Notes: generated by a model from the sequence alone, not told the origin. A stretch of DNA of 64,000 nt from Lama guanicoe (GCA_013239625.1 MU054187.1:14542974-14606973), one strand, 5' to 3'; shown: positions 1 to 14,157, numbered from the stretch's first letter. Program-made: numbers and translations.

Positions 1-454
1 TGCAAAAGAAAATTCTGCTACACTTATAACACAAAATTATTCAATGTGCAGAAAGACTTAGTAAATCCTTCCAAGAACTTCCCTATAAATTATAAGCACT
101 CATGTTTGCAATGTCTTCAGACAAATTAAGAAAAGCACTAATTAAGCTAAGCACCTGCTTAGTGAATAAGCAAGCAAGACAACTGCAAAGCCCGCACCAC
201 CCTGTGGAACAACTTTACAACGTGGTCCTGCCTGCAATAAACACAGGGCTCTCAGGACGCAACAAAAACCAGTTCCTGAAAACCAGTTATTCTTTTTTAA
301 TTTAAACATTTCTTATATGGCTGATACATCTAAACTCCATGCAAAAATGCCTCAAGTGAATTTTCTTTACAACGAAAATACACTTTGAGTTTCAGAAACT
401 TGTATATATGCATAAAATAATAAATAAGAACAAAACCAAAGAAGATATACAAAC

Positions 455-590
455 CTCTGATTGTACATGCCCCGAAAGTTGTAATTAGCTCTATAATTTG
501 GGAAAGGCTTTGGATCTAAGGGCCTGTAGATGGCAGGCTCTCCCCTTTTCATAGCCAGCCCATTCAGTTCCACAGTTGGAGTTATACTAC
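455..590 (-). CDS. STAU2: STAU2 coding exon (136 nt; GSITPTVELNG...MYNQR)
   Basis: Acceptor ttttaaacAG|GTAGT at 592-591; donor CAGAG|GTttgt at 454-453; phase 1 start matches the preceding exon. Confidence 0.96.
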
Positions 591-1099
591 CTGTTTAAAA
601 GAAATATTAAAGGCACACAAGTGAAATATTTCCATAATAAACCATGCAATCTATATTTTACATACAATTACCATGGAAGAAGGTGGAAGTGGGTGGCCCC
701 TTCTGTACGATTTTCTAAGGGGGTGCATAAACTAAACAGGAAAATCATTCCTAACGAAATCTCTTTGGGGTTTTTGCAACATTTTTTGTACATTAATGAC
801 CAAAAATTCAACTTTTATAGTCACACTATTTCAAAACAAGGAAAACAGAAGGATCATAGATTGCTTAGTTTGAATATTATAAAGCAGGTGTTGAACTTCA
901 AAGTTACTTACCGCAGAAAGTTTGTAATTATTTAATCATTAAGAACATCACAGTCTGTGAATATTTTTATTTATAGTTTGGTAATCAAGTGACGAAAATT
1001 AGCAACGAATACAGGGTCATCAGTAATTCTTAGACTTAGCTAATGAAAATAAATTTTGAGATTTTTCTATAACCAACCACACGACAAAGTAGTAAAGAT

Positions 1100-1315
1100 A
1101 AGTAAAGCTTTTTGTAGATAATCTTTAAAGATACACACTGAAGCATTTGTGGATGAAGTGATACACCTGAAATTTGTTTTAAAATAATTCAGAGGCCACA
1201 GGGATGAGAAACAAGACTGGCCACCATGTGTGGATAACAGAAGCAACTGATGACAAGTTCAGGGATGCTCAATACCTTAGTCTTTCTTCTGCAAAAGTTC
1301 GAAAAATCCCATAAT
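1100..1315 (+). mobile_element. Old L1M (L1ME/MC-like) 3' end fragment
   Basis: gatacacactgaagcatttgtggatgaagtgatacacctgaaatttgttttaaaata resembles old L1 3'UTR. Confidence 0.5.
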
Positions 1316-1929
1316 ATATAACACACACAACGTAAAATTATTAAGTCAAGTTATTTTAAGTACCAAAAAAGGTTATTTAGTAAAACATATATATGTTCTA
1401 TATAACAAATCACAAAAATGAATCGTAAGCTTTTACAGAAAGTAAAATTTATGTCAAGTGTAAATTCTGTACTATTTTATTTGAATTATGCCTTTTGCAC
1501 CATACATCATGAACAAAAACGGGTCCACTTATTGCAGCAGAGAAACGGGGGCACAAAGTACAGGCCGGAGCAGGGGAGCCTGACGCAAACACACAACAGG
1601 CAGCCAGGTGACAAGCAATCCATCACGAGTCACAAGCTGCTCATTTTGTGTCTCATTTCAAAAGAAATCATGTGAAACCACTGAAGATTACTATTAAGAA
1701 CAAGAACTAAACCAAGGTGAAGAAAAAGCAAAAAATAAAGGGCGTGGGAGGAAAGGATGACGTAGAAAAGGGAGAGATAAGGATAAGAAAAACAGCAAAG
1801 AAAAGTTAACAAATATAGTAAGTCCAATTAGTCCAAACCCCCATTTTAATACGTAACGCTCAGGGCAGAGGAATATTAAGTCAAGCATAAAGGGATTCTC
1901 TTTTCTTTCTTTGTTTCTAACAGTATTTG

Positions 1930-2430
1930 ACGGAGGGATAAATAAAATGCACAAACCTTAAGCACACAGCTCCATGAATTACTACACGCATAAACACTCA
2001 TATACACCTTTCAGATCAAGATACAAGCACTTCCATCACCCAGGAATACCCAGTCAATACCCACCTCCCCAAGTTACCCACTCTGACTTGTCAGCACAGA
2101 TCAGTTCTGCCAGTTCTTCAAGTCTGATTATGTATTCGTTTGTCTAGCTTCTTTCACTCAACATAATGATTTCATTGGATATATCAGTACTTCAGAGTTT
2201 ATCACCAAATAGTATTCTACTAAGTTTATCTGATCTGCTGTTAATGGGACATTTGGATTGTTTCCAGTTTGAGGCTATTAAGTATAAAGCCACCGTGAAC
2301 ATTTTTTAAATGTCTCTTAGTGGACATACACACTCTTTTCAGTTGGGCATATACCCAGAAGTGGAACTGGCAGGTCACAGAGGAGGTTTATGTTTAACTT
2401 TATTAGTAACTACCTAACAGTTTTCCAAAG
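1930..2430 (-). mobile_element. Old L1M 3' fragment
   Basis: gggacatttggattgtttccagtttgaggctatt...atacccagaagtggaactggcaggtca, antisense L1 ORF2 end/3'UTR. Confidence 0.65.
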
Positions 2431-2858
2431 ATTTTTTTTAACACCAAAGAGCCACTGATGCCTTTAAAAGTTTGAACTGTTCTTATTTTATAAAGATTTC
2501 AGTTTAATAATTAACATGTTCACCAGTTGTACGATTTATGTCATCATGAATGCTACTCTGCAGCAATCATACAGGCATAAATATCGTAACAATCAAATGG
2601 GAAAAGAAGAAAAAAAAAAGCTTGAAGGACCTCATCCTTTAAGTATGGCAATACACAGGAAACTAACATGTCTGAAAATCACCAGTGAGGTCTGTCACCC
2701 ACACCAAAATTGCATTTTAAGCTAGGTAAAAGTACTGAATTCATATCATTTAAAGAAAGAAACAATCTCATATAAATTCATTTGAAAGTAAGACTATATT
2801 TTCTTCACAGAAATGCTAGAAACTGGTGTTTGTGAAGAAGAGTTAGAAGAGAAGCAGA

Positions 2859-3117
2859 GGGAAGGGGGCTGGGAAGGGATAAATCGGGAGTTTGAGATTT
2901 GCAGATACTAATATATACAAAACAGATAAACAACAAGTTCATACTGCATAGCACAGGGAACTAATTTCAATATCTTGTAATAACTTTTGGTGAAAAAATA
3001 TGAAAACGAATATATGTATGATCATGTATGACTGAAGCATTATGTTGTACAACAGAAAGTGACACAATGTTGTAAACTGACTCTACTTCAATAAAAATAT
3101 ATACACAAAAAAGAGAG
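2859..3117 (+). mobile_element. 5'-truncated cetartiodactyl-type L1 3'UTR with TSD
   Basis: gggataaatcgggagtttgagatt...gcacagggaact...tgtaaactgactctacttcaataaa plus A-rich tail; TSD agagaagcaga at 2848-2858 and 3118-3128. Confidence 0.85.
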
Positions 3118-3699
3118 AGAGAAGCAGAAAAGCACAAACCACGCTGATAAGGTTTCAATTTCTTAAGAGCAAAGCACTACACCTGTTTCCTATAGAACAA
3201 GACTGACATCTCCATGTGCACACACCTCTCTTGACTTACACAGTGAGGCTCTCACAGAAGACATTAAAAGAATAACTTCAAACTATGAGCTGCCTCCAGG
3301 AAACGCTAAGTACCACTGCTTCCAGTGAGTGAGAGTTGGACCCAGGTTGCATAAAGATAATCATTACATAGGAATCCTCATGTATTTTACGGCTATCAAG
3401 TTGACACTGTGAACACATAATCAGAATACATTAAAGGAAATTTCTACATTTACCAATGATAAAAACAGACTAATTAATTAGATATATAAACATACTTAAC
3501 AACTGTGGATTCCCATCATATGACAGGCAAAAAAAAAAAACTTCCACAACTACTTTTCAAGGAGCAACATATTACTAACACTTAAAGAAACAACTTTGCA
3601 GGAAGTTAGAAAAGCCCCTGGAACACAGCAGTCACTCAATAAATGTTTGCTGAAAGAATGAACTGATTAACTAACCAATCAGGGCCCTGGGAGGAATGA

Positions 3700-4760
3700 C
3701 AGGAGCCAGGGTAAGGAAAACACACGATGACCTAGGAACATCTTATTGTGCCAGGAAGTCAGAAATGCCCAACAAATGATGAGGAAGCATCTGAAGTTCA
3801 CAGGACTCAACCTGAAGGGGCCATTCCACTGGCCAAAGCTGGGACAATTTGATCATCAGAATAAATAACGACAGTAACAGATCATAAGCCTGTAGGTAAA
3901 ATAGGAATCCAAGAGTCTAGAGTGATATAAATAAACAAACACAAAATGAGGGGAATGAGAAATCTCTCAGGCACAATGCTGATGAATACATCGAAAACGA
4001 ATATGCAATTAAAAATCACCCTTTTGGCAACCTTCAGAGTAGTCATTGATTCAGACAAGAATCATCCATGGATGTCAAATCTGGCGAGTGAAAGTTTGAT
4101 AAGAACAGAATGTTTATGTAGTCTCAAAGTATCTTCTCAGAAAACACTTGTTATTTGTACTACGTAATAATAAAATACACGTCTTAATTAACTTTACAAT
4201 AGAGAGGCCTGGCAGACACAGTCTTAACCAAATGACAAAAATCATCACTAATGGGACAAATCAATATCCTGTGTCTCCTGTTATGACACTGAGCCCAGGT
4301 CACTTCTGTGATATGTGCTAAAAGTGCGTAAATCATGAGGAAACACCAGGTAAACTCAACTGAGGGGCATTCTACAAATGATATCAAGGTCACAAAGGAC
4401 TTGAAGGCCTGAGGAACTGTTCCAGACTGAAGTGGAATGAAGAGAAACAGTAAATCCGTGATCCTGATTAGATGCTGGACCTACAAAGGATGTTCCTGGG
4501 ACCATCAGTGAAATGTGAATGGAGTCTGTGGATTACACGGGGATACGCGATCAGCAGTAACTCCCTGACAGACAGTGTCTGTGTACTTAGGAAGTACGCA
4601 CAGATGCGCTCAGGGGTAACGGGACGTCATGTCCACAACTTATGCTCAAGTGGTTCAGAAACGCTAACCATTTCTGGGTAATGGGTACCTGGGAGTTCTA
4701 CGTATTCTTTCTATAAAATTTATATAAATCTGAAATTATTTCCCCCAAAAAAGTTAAAGA
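3700..4760 (+). mobile_element. L1MC-like 3' end
   Basis: ccactggccaaagctgggacaattt...aatcatgaggaaacacc...ggaactgttccagactgaag...tctgaaattatttc, typical of L1MC 3'UTR. Confidence 0.7.
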
Positions 4761-5029
4761 AAGTAAGAGGTGGGAGAAAGGAAAGTAGTTCTACGACATA
4801 CTCCTAATTAACCAGAGAACTATCCGTGCTGTACTAAATCTAACTCCTCTCTGGGATGTAATTACTATTTAAGGCCCATCTACTTACTGTGAAGTCAGGA
4901 TTGGATCTCCCCTCCTCTGCAGTGCAGAGAGGAACGTACTGTCTTTTCAATACATAGTGTTTTATAGATCAATAAAAAATGTTAAAAAAAATTAAAATAA
5001 ATCTTTTGAGACATTTAAAAAAAATACAT

Positions 5030-6640
5030 AGTGCTAAGTTAACTGAATGTCTACATATAAAAAGGAAGGAAAAAAATCTTGAATTCTACCTCACATCGTA
5101 CATATACCTCAATTCCTGACTATAGATCTAAATTTAAAAGATAAAATAATAAAGCTTCTAAAAATAACATGAGGTTATCTTCACAATTCAGTGGGAGATA
5201 AAGATGTCTAAAATATTAGCACACAAAAAAGTACTAACCATTCCAACAATTTCACTTCTAAGTATTTATCTCAAAAAAAAACAAAAACACTACTGTGAAA
5301 GGATATATGCACCTTCATGCTCATAGAAGCAAGCTCAGTGTCCACTGATGGACGAATGGATATAGAAGTCGGTTTTTATGGAAGTATAGTTGATTTACAA
5401 TGTTAGTTTCAGGTCTACAGCAAAGTCATTCAGTTATACATTTACATTCATGTGTGTGTGTATATATATACACACACACATATTATTTTCAGATTCTTTT
5501 CCATTATAGCTTATTACAAAAGATTGAATATCCTTGTTGTTTTATCTATTTTATATATAGAAGTGTGTATCTGTTAACTCCAAACTCCTAATTTATCCCT
5601 CCCTCCTTTCATCTTTGGTAACATAGTTGTTTTCTTTGTCTGTGAGTCTATTTCTGGTTTGTAAATAAAATCTGTATTTTTTTAAGAGTCTGCATATAAG
5701 TGATATCATATGATATTTGTCTTTCTCTATCTGACGTACTTCACTTAGTATGATAATCTTTAGGTCCATCCATGTTGTTGCAAATGACATTATTTCATTC
5801 TTTTTAAGGGTGAGTAATATTCCATTGTGTATGTGTGTTTGTGTATATATATTTGGTATATACATACCACATCTTCTTTATCCACTCATCTGAACAATGC
5901 AGTTTTTTTTAACAGCAAAAATATTTCAACAATAGTGAAGATCCTAATGCCAACAGGCATATGAAAAGGTGCTCACTTTAATTAACTATTAGGGAGACAC
6001 AAATTAAAACCACAATGAAATACTACCATTTTGAAAGCTGAAGATACCCTTTGTTGATAAAGATGTGGAAAGCTCTCATATACTGCTAGTAGGAGGGACC
6101 CTTGATAATTGTTTGACATTACGTATTAATACTGAACACATGTATAATCTATGACCCGACAATTCCAATCCTAGATACATCCCCAACAGAAACGTATACA
6201 TACAACAATGTTCACAGCAGTATTACTTCTAGTAGCCCAAAACTGGAAACAACCCAAATGTCCACCAACAGTATAATGAATACATAAATTTTGGTGTATC
6301 CATCCATGCAAGAGGATATAACGTAACACAGAGATACCATACTGTTGAACACAACATGGGTGAATCTCACAGATGTAACACAGAAAAAACGAGCTATCAC
6401 AAAAGAGTAAGCTGCATGATTCCAACAAACAGGCACAAAGAATCTAAGATGACAGAAAGCAGAGCAGTGGTTTCCTTTGGAGTTGTTAACCACCAGAAAG
6501 GGCCTAAGGGAGGCTTCTGAAGCACCGGGAAAGCCTGCGATACTGGTAAAGCATTTACAGTGCAAAATTCCAACAAGGCCCTACAACCATCAGTTGTGCA
6601 CTTGCCAGTACACAATGTTACATTTTTTAAACTTTACTCC
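5030..6640 (+). mobile_element. Old L1M ORF2-end/3' remnant, interrupted by younger L1 pieces
   Basis: caacaggcatatgaaaaggtgctca...aaattaaaaccacaatgaaatactac...agcccaaaactggaaacaacccaaatgtcca. Confidence 0.7.
5372..5893 (-). mobile_element. Younger L1 3' end (ORF2 C-terminus plus 3'UTR)
   Basis: ORF 5593-5865 KKNEIMSFATTWMDLKIIILSEVRQIEKDKYHMISL is the L1 ORF2 C-terminus; gaagtatagttgatttacaatgtt is the antisense 3' end. Confidence 0.88.
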
Positions 6641-8657
6641 CCAAAATCTACTCCTTCTTCCAGCTCACTGCAACATTCAATAATGGACACTCTGATCTCC
6701 ACTGGTCTTTCAGACTCTCTCCTGTTTCCTTCCTCTGACTCCTTTGCTGGTTGACCTCCTGCTAATAATCCTCTGAAGTGGACCCGACCCAGAGCTCACC
6801 ACACAACTGCTCCTGGTTCACAGTACCTGCCCTGGAAGGCTAGTCCACCGGCATGGCTTCCACCAGTGGATTAGTAACCCTGGTCCCTCCGTCCATTCCA
6901 AGTGCCCCTCCAGTATTCCGGCAGAGTAGAGGGCTATGTTACCCAAGGCATGTGAGTTTCTTTTCTTTCTTCACCCATAAACTATGGCATTGGTTTCCTG
7001 ACATGGCTTCTAATATTTTCCACCTTCCACTCACGTGTCAAACTGAACTTGTTAAATTGCTCTTTTAAACACAGCATCCACCTGCTGTAAAAATTAATCC
7101 CCCAAATTGTAGATAAAACTTATCAACCAAGTCTGGAGTTCAAGTCCATCACAATCTGCTCCCCAACTACATCTCTAGTCTTATCTCTTACTAGCCATTT
7201 ACCTGCTCTAATTAAAAACCACCTACAAAAAACTTTTTTGCCAAACCTGCTGTCCAGATTCCTATTCCAATGCCCTTTCTCATCGTATTCCCTCAGCCTG
7301 GAAAATTCTTTCCTCTCCTCTATACTTGCCTATTCTCTATTCAAGACCTGTATCTTACATCATCTACTGCCGTCTGTGTTCATCATTACTTAATCATACG
7401 GACAGCCGTTATTATTCACTTGGTACTTAATCTTTACCACTGAGTTACGCATTTTATGTAAATGACTGCAAAATCCTCACCAAAAAGGACACTGGTTTAT
7501 ACCTCCGAAGATATATTAAAGCAAATGCTTAATAAGTAGAGGTAGTGGTGAGGTGCTAATGATCAACCAATAATCTGAAGAGATTTTTAAAAGTTAAAAA
7601 TGTAGATAGCCTCTCACCAGTTTCAACCTGAATAGGCTTTTTTTTTCTTCATTATAATAATATTTTGGCTTATTTAAACTTACTTAATAAATACTGGAAT
7701 CAGCTGAACAGATGCAAAAACTAGGAAAGTCATGGAGTTCTGGAAAGAGCAGTCCTTGAAAGAGGGGACTGACTACCTAGGAGCACCTAACACATGGGAA
7801 AGAAAGAAGTGTCTGACCTGATTACGGGCATAAGCATGTGGACCATCATTAAACAGACTACAGAGTCACTGCTGGCAGGCAAAATGTCTATTTTCACTCC
7901 ATCACAAAAATATCTAAAGCATTATTGGTCAGAAAGGAACCGCTTGCATTTGTAAGTTAACAGACAAGTAAATGGACAGAGGGCTGGCACTTAACTTACA
8001 GAACTTTATTAACTTCATGCTGTCAACTCATGCACAGTGTCCGATGCAGGTCTGCTCTTCCCAATAGATAACTGGATATATAATGCTGTTGATATTATAC
8101 TAGTCTTAACTATTTTTAATTATTAAATTATATATTACCTATTTTGATTGGATTACTACATTCTGTTGATTCTTATCTTGTAGTTGGCTTTATTCCTTTG
8201 AATTGCTCTTAGAAACAATGAACTGTACATATAGTTAAATTTTAAAATGGTTTTATCTCTCAATGAGCTGCTCTTCCTAGAATAAACTTTGTTTACCCCC
8301 CAAAATTATGTATTAATTATTTTTAATTATTAAATTATATATTTAAAAAGAGAAATTGATGATTTTGATCCTATTTCTATCCTTACTTTAGAAAAAAACT
8401 TCAGTCCAACTTTCTGTTCTTTGCACCCAAATGTCTTTTTGCCAACATCTAAAAAGTAAATAATGCACCTTTAGAGTTTCGTCTAAAGCAAATTTTTTAA
8501 ATAATTACAATTAGCCTCTTCATTCTCAAATACCTTCAGTTATTATTCAGCTGTCCTGGTGGTCTGTCCTATTAATGCCTGTTGACTATGCCACTGGGTA
8601 AGGACAGCACATACAGAACATAACAACACAACAGAAGGAAACGAGTCAGGGCCATAC

Positions 8658-8817
8658 CTGGGTTATTATTCACATTACTTTTGGGTGGTTTCTGAACTGG
8701 TTTGGGAAGCGTAGATTCAGTCAAAGCTTTATTAGCGACGGCTTGCTGGGCCTTCTTTATACTGCTCCCTTCGGATTCCCATGTCTGCTCACCAAGACTC
8801 AGCTGCACTGAGAACAT
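8658..8817 (-). CDS. STAU2: STAU2 coding exon (160 nt; MFSVQ...NNNPG), C-terminal half of dsRBD1
   Basis: Acceptor tttttgcaAG|ATGTTC at 8819-8818; donor CCCAG|GTatgg at 8657-8656; phase 0 in, phase 1 out; dsRBD motif EGSSIKKAQQAVA. Confidence 0.97.
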
Positions 8818-9769
8818 CTTGCAAAAACATAAAGAAACAAAGAAAACATTGAAATTTTTCAGGACATAAAGTGTGCGGTCAGCGAAAAATAGACACACCA
8901 CAGAATCAAAATTTTTGAGCCAGAGTGAAAGAATTTTAAGAGATTTTGCCAAATTCTGTTCTATCCTATCGAAAGGCTTAATGGCAGCTTTAAAGTGTAC
9001 ATTTTGGGTGGAATATATCAAGAAGAAATCACTTCCCCAAATGGAATCATATTGTTAATGTCATTCAAATAGTCTTCAGAAAAGTAGAGTAATAACAAAA
9101 AGTAAGAGAAACTGTAAGAGAATCCAACAGGTCCTGTCCCTATAACTTTTATAAAATCTAATTCCTTAAATTTCATACTTAGCACAATATAGTCAATGAG
9201 TCAGACAATCCTACTGAATATTCTGTCACCAAGAAACTCTCATTCCTCCACAACCAACCTTTAACCAGTCACCAAGTTCGGTCAATTTTAACCTCACAAA
9301 TACTTCTCCAATCTCTCTTCTCTCTCTGCCAGTGACACTGCTGCACTGGATACAGTCTTTCATCATCTCAGCTGAGATGTAATAATCTCCCAACTGACTG
9401 CTGCTAAAGCTATCTTTCTAAAACTCAAACCCAACTGCATCACTCCCACCAACACTAGGTTAAAAACCTTCTATTGTTCCCCTTGTAGCATGGTGCGAAG
9501 GATGGACCTGTCCATCTTCATGTCACCCACCCTTCCCCTTATCCTAACATTCCATTCACATCATATTTCCTTATGAGGCCCAAAACCTATTGTTCACCTT
9601 TAACATTTAGGATCAAGTTACAGGATATACACACACAATCTGCTGTTTGACTCCACAGACAGCTTCCTATTTTGTAGGAACACAAAGTATGAACCTCAAA
9701 ATACTAATTAATTATGAGGCAATAAATGTGTATTTGCAGGAAGGCGATCAGATAGAAAATACCAAGTGA

Positions 9770-10410
9770 TTAAAGTTCGTGTCATCAATAACCATACAAA
9801 CAGACATCATGCGCCTCCTGATACGATCCAGTAAGAAATATGTAGTATTCTTGGCCAAAAATGTTTGCCCTGAATCTAATCACAGGGACTCAGAAATATC
9901 TAGACTATCGTGTATTCTGTAAGACAACAGGCCTAAACTCTTCAAAAATGCCAACAAAAGAATGCATAGGGGCTGTCCTAGATTAAAGGATGCTAAAGAG
10001 ACATGAAAAGACATGACAAAGTATAATGTATGATCCTTGACTGGATTTGTACTGGGAAGAAAAAAATGTATACAAGGGCATTTAGGGAAAATGACTATAG
10101 ATTATATACTAAATAATATATTCGGTCAAGGTTAAATTTCTTGAGTTGATGATAGTATTATGGTTATGGAGAAGAATGTCTTTGGTCTTCAAAGATAGAT
10201 ATACAAATATTTAAGGATGAAACGTCATGATAGTTGAAATTTATTTTCAAATTGTTCAAGGAGAAAGTATGTATCTACACAGAAGGAGCAAGAAAAGAAG
10301 CAAATGTAGCAAACAAATTAATGATTAGTAAATGTGAAAGACATGCATATCCATTATACTTCTCTTTCCATTTTTCCTGTTGGTTTCCAATTTTTCAAAA
10401 TACAGACTTG
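9770..10410 (+). mobile_element. Old L1MC/ME 3' end
   Basis: gtattcttggccaaaaatgtttgccctgaatctaatca...ctagattaaaggatgctaaagagacatga. Confidence 0.65.
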
Positions 10411-11269
10411 AAAATACTTATAACCATTTGAAATTCAGAATATATACCTGTTAAAAGTGAATAATCTTTCTTTTATTCTGATTTAGTTTAAAATATATAC
10501 CTGAAACATATCTTTCAATACATTTACCTGATTTTAAAATGATTTTTCAGTGACTAGCTCTTCTGGTTTTCCAATTACAGTATTTAACAAAGAACGCTGC
10601 CCTAAAACACATCACCTCTTCTAATCTCCTCCAAATCAGTTCACACTCCAGAATGCTCCATCCATTATTCATTCCATTAATTCACGTTCAAAACCTCAAC
10701 CTTCTTTGTTTATCCTCACCTTTCTAAGACTCATTTAGCAACACCTCAAAACTGTTCCTCGTAGATCGGTCACCACCTTAGTCTAAGAGCCCTATGAACT
10801 CAGATGTGCTGCCTCCTGATCTTCCAGATGTCACCGTCCCGAGTCTCATAAGCCAGGCACCTCAGAGTGGCCTTCTTCGTCTGCTCCATTTCCCTCTCCA
10901 TTCTCCCCTGCATTCAATTATCAAACTATTGATTCAACTTCAAAAATATTTTTCAGATCTGGCCTCCTTTCTTTATATCCTTTGCCAATGTCTTAGTGAA
11001 GAATATCAGTGTCTCTCCCCTAAGTTACCACAAGACCATCCTAACATCATTCCTTTAACATAAAACTTTCCCATTCAAACCATCCTTCCTACCACCATCA
11101 GCATGAACATTCCGTAAAATATAAATGCATCCAAGTCAACCTTCTGCCGTTCTGCAGCCTCTTAAGAATCTCACTACATTGAACCCCTAAAACTAATGCA
11201 ATATTATATATCAATTATATTTCAATAAAACTCGAGAGAAAAGGAGTCCTGCTACAATAGTAATTCCAA

Positions 11270-11440
11270 GTAGGAATCCTAGAACAGACTGTTCATGAGC
11301 TTAAGTTGCAGATCCACCACTTACTATGCACAATTTTAGGGAAGTTTCTTATTCTTTCCCTCTGTTTTATTTCTATAGCGAAATTTGAGTAATAAGAGCA
11401 CACAGAATGGTTGTGAAAATTAAAATAAAATGGTGTAAAT
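11270..11440 (+). mobile_element. MIR SINE
   Basis: gatccaccacttactatgcacaattttagggaagtttctt...ggttgtgaaaattaaa. Confidence 0.55.
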
Positions 11441-11444
11441 GCCC

Positions 11445-13255
11445 CCACTTGAAATGCAGAGATTGTCAAACTGGATAAAAAAGCAAAATCCAACTATACG
11501 CTAGCCTGCAAGTAATGTACTTCAACTATAAAGACATATGGTTTAAAAGCAATGGGATAGAGAAAAACATACCATGATAAAAGATATCAGTGATAAGTCA
11601 GAATGGTTATATTAGTATCAGACAAAGCAGATTTCAGAGCAAAGACTACTACCAGTGATAACAAAGGTCATTTCATAACAATAAAAGGGGCAATAAATCT
11701 AGAAGACATTAACAATTCTAAACACTTAGGCACCTAGTAACAGAACTTCAAAATATATGAACCAAAAACTAATAGAACTGCAAAGAGAAAAAGAGAATCC
11801 ACAATTAAAGTCAGAGATTCAATAGCTCCTCTCTCAATAATTGATATAACAATTACCAAGCAGACCATGAGGAAGAATACCAGACTTGGACGATACGATC
11901 AACCAGCATAATCTGACTGGAATGTTTTTAAAACACTCTACCTGAAAAGAGCAAAAATGTATTTGTTCTCACTTTCTTACATATTTATCAAGATAAACAA
12001 CTTTCTGGACCATAAAACAAGTCACAACAAATTCAAAGGATTCAAGTGATGCAAAGTATGTTCTCTGACTATAATGGAATTAAAATAGAAACTAGTAACA
12101 GAAAGATCTCTGGAAAATCTCCAAATATTTGGAAACTAAAAAGCACATTTCTAAATAACCCAAGAGTAAAAGAAGAAATCAAAGGGGAAAATAGAAAGTA
12201 TTTTAAACTGAATGAAAATGAAAACACTACACCTCAGAAGATGACATTAAAATAGTACTAAAGAGAAATTTCCAGCACTAAATGCCTATAGCAAAAAAGA
12301 AGTAAGGTTTCAAGAAAGTTAACTTCAGGTTTAATTTTAAGAAACTAGAAAAAAAGCAAAGCAAACCCGAAGTAAACAGGATAAAAAAATAATAAAGACA
12401 AAAGCAAACATAACAAAATAAAAAACAGAAAAACAACAGAGAAAGAAATCAATAAAACCAAAAGCTGGTTCTTTGCAAAGGTTAATAAAATTTGTAAACC
12501 TCTATGCAGACTAATCACGACAAAAAGAGAATACACAAACTATCACTTTCAAGAATGAGAGCGGTGACATCACTATAGATTCTTGAAGTATTTTAAAAAA
12601 CAAGGAAATATTTCTTAACAACTTTATGCCAATAAACTCAACAACTTAAGTTCTTAAAAGTCACAGTTATTAAAGTTCATTCAAGAAGAAACAGGTAACC
12701 TGAGTAGCCCTATACATGTTAAAGAGAGCTAGTACTATCAGATATCAAGAATTATAAAGCTATAGTCATCAAAACAATATGGTATTTGCATAAAGACAGA
12801 AAAACAGACCAATAGAACAGAACAGAGTCCATAAATAAACACATATATACGGACTTTGACAAAGGTGCAAAGACAATGCAGTGGGGAAAAGATAATCTCT
12901 TCAATAACTGGACATCTACATGCAAAAAAAATAAACTTGTTCCGTATCTTGCATCATATACAAAAATTAATTCAAAGTAATTAGGCTTAACTATAACACC
13001 TAAATGTAAAACTTACACTATAAAACATTTAGAAGAAAATATAGGAGAAAATCTTACAACTTTTGATGGGGCAAAAATTTCTTATATATGATATGTAAAG
13101 CAAAATCTTACAGAACAAATGGATAAACTGGAGTTCATCAATATTAACAATTACTGCTCTTCAAAAGACACTGTTAAAAAAAGAAAAAAAAGTCACAAAG
13201 AGGGGAAACTATCTGCCAAGAACATATCTAATCAAGGACTTGATTAGAATATTCA
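11445..13255 (+). mobile_element. L1M ORF2 remnant (endonuclease region joined to later ORF2)
   Basis: ORF 12046-12255 QSMFSDYNGIKIE...WKLKSTFLNNPRVKEEI matches the end of the L1 endonuclease domain; A-rich sense strand. Confidence 0.88.
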
Positions 13256-13369
13256 AGAGCGGCGTCGCAGAAAATGGGAATAGGAAGCCCCAGTAAAGAA
13301 CAGTGCCTGTTACTTGATAAATAAAACAGACATTTTACAAAGGATTTTTTTAATCTTACATACTACTAA

Positions 13370-13560
13370 TATGTAGTGATAACAACTGTCTGGGTACTTT
13401 CATCCTCAACATAATTGCTAAGAATTTATGAATCATCTTTCCATTATACCACACTGAAACAGGTACTACATTTCTCAAATTACAGATGAGAAAATTGAGA
13501 TTCTAAATTAGGTGTTCAAGGCCACACAGGCCAGATAATGTAGGCCAAAAATCAACCCTG
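13370..13560 (-). mobile_element. MIR SINE
   Basis: ttacagatgagaaaattgaga...caaggccacacag antisense MIR core. Confidence 0.55.
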
Positions 13561-14157
13561 GTAAATCTAGAAAAAACAAACAAACAAACAAACAAAAACT
13601 ACTTGGCTTCAAGGCCACTGGGTAATTCTGGCTCCCTCAGTGATACCTATTCCAGAGTAAACCTTCTCAGAGACATAGTACTAGAGCAGCTTGAAACTTA
13701 GTTGTTCATACTGACAACTCATCAAAATAGGAAATTAAAGAAAAAGAAGAAAATATCACTTTATATTATTCATGGCTCTCTTCCTTATATTCTACACTAT
13801 AATAGCCTTCTTTTGAGATGTGAGAAAATCAAAACAATTCACAGGAAAAATAAAGAACTGTATTTAGGTAACTAAGAGATAATGCCCTGTCATAATTATA
13901 ACTCACATTAATAAAAGGTGCAACAAATTACTTCAGAGTTCAATTTAAAAGTGAGCATAAAAGCAAAAGGGGACAAGGCAAACTTTAAAATATTTTTACT
14001 TTAATAGTCACATATTGAAAGTTCCACAAGTTGTTCATATTCTCTAAGACTCAATGAAAGAAAGAGTAAAGCATATAAACATAGATGGATCATTACCTCC
14101 CATCAAGAAGTCTGTATAAGAAAACAATTCTACACCACCCTGAAGACATTAATCTCT

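Noticed and set aside
8572..9021. 149-aa single-exon ORF (similarly 367-573 and 17069-17314)
   Set aside because: Only the GT-AG-bounded cores are STAU2 exons; the remainder is intronic read-through.
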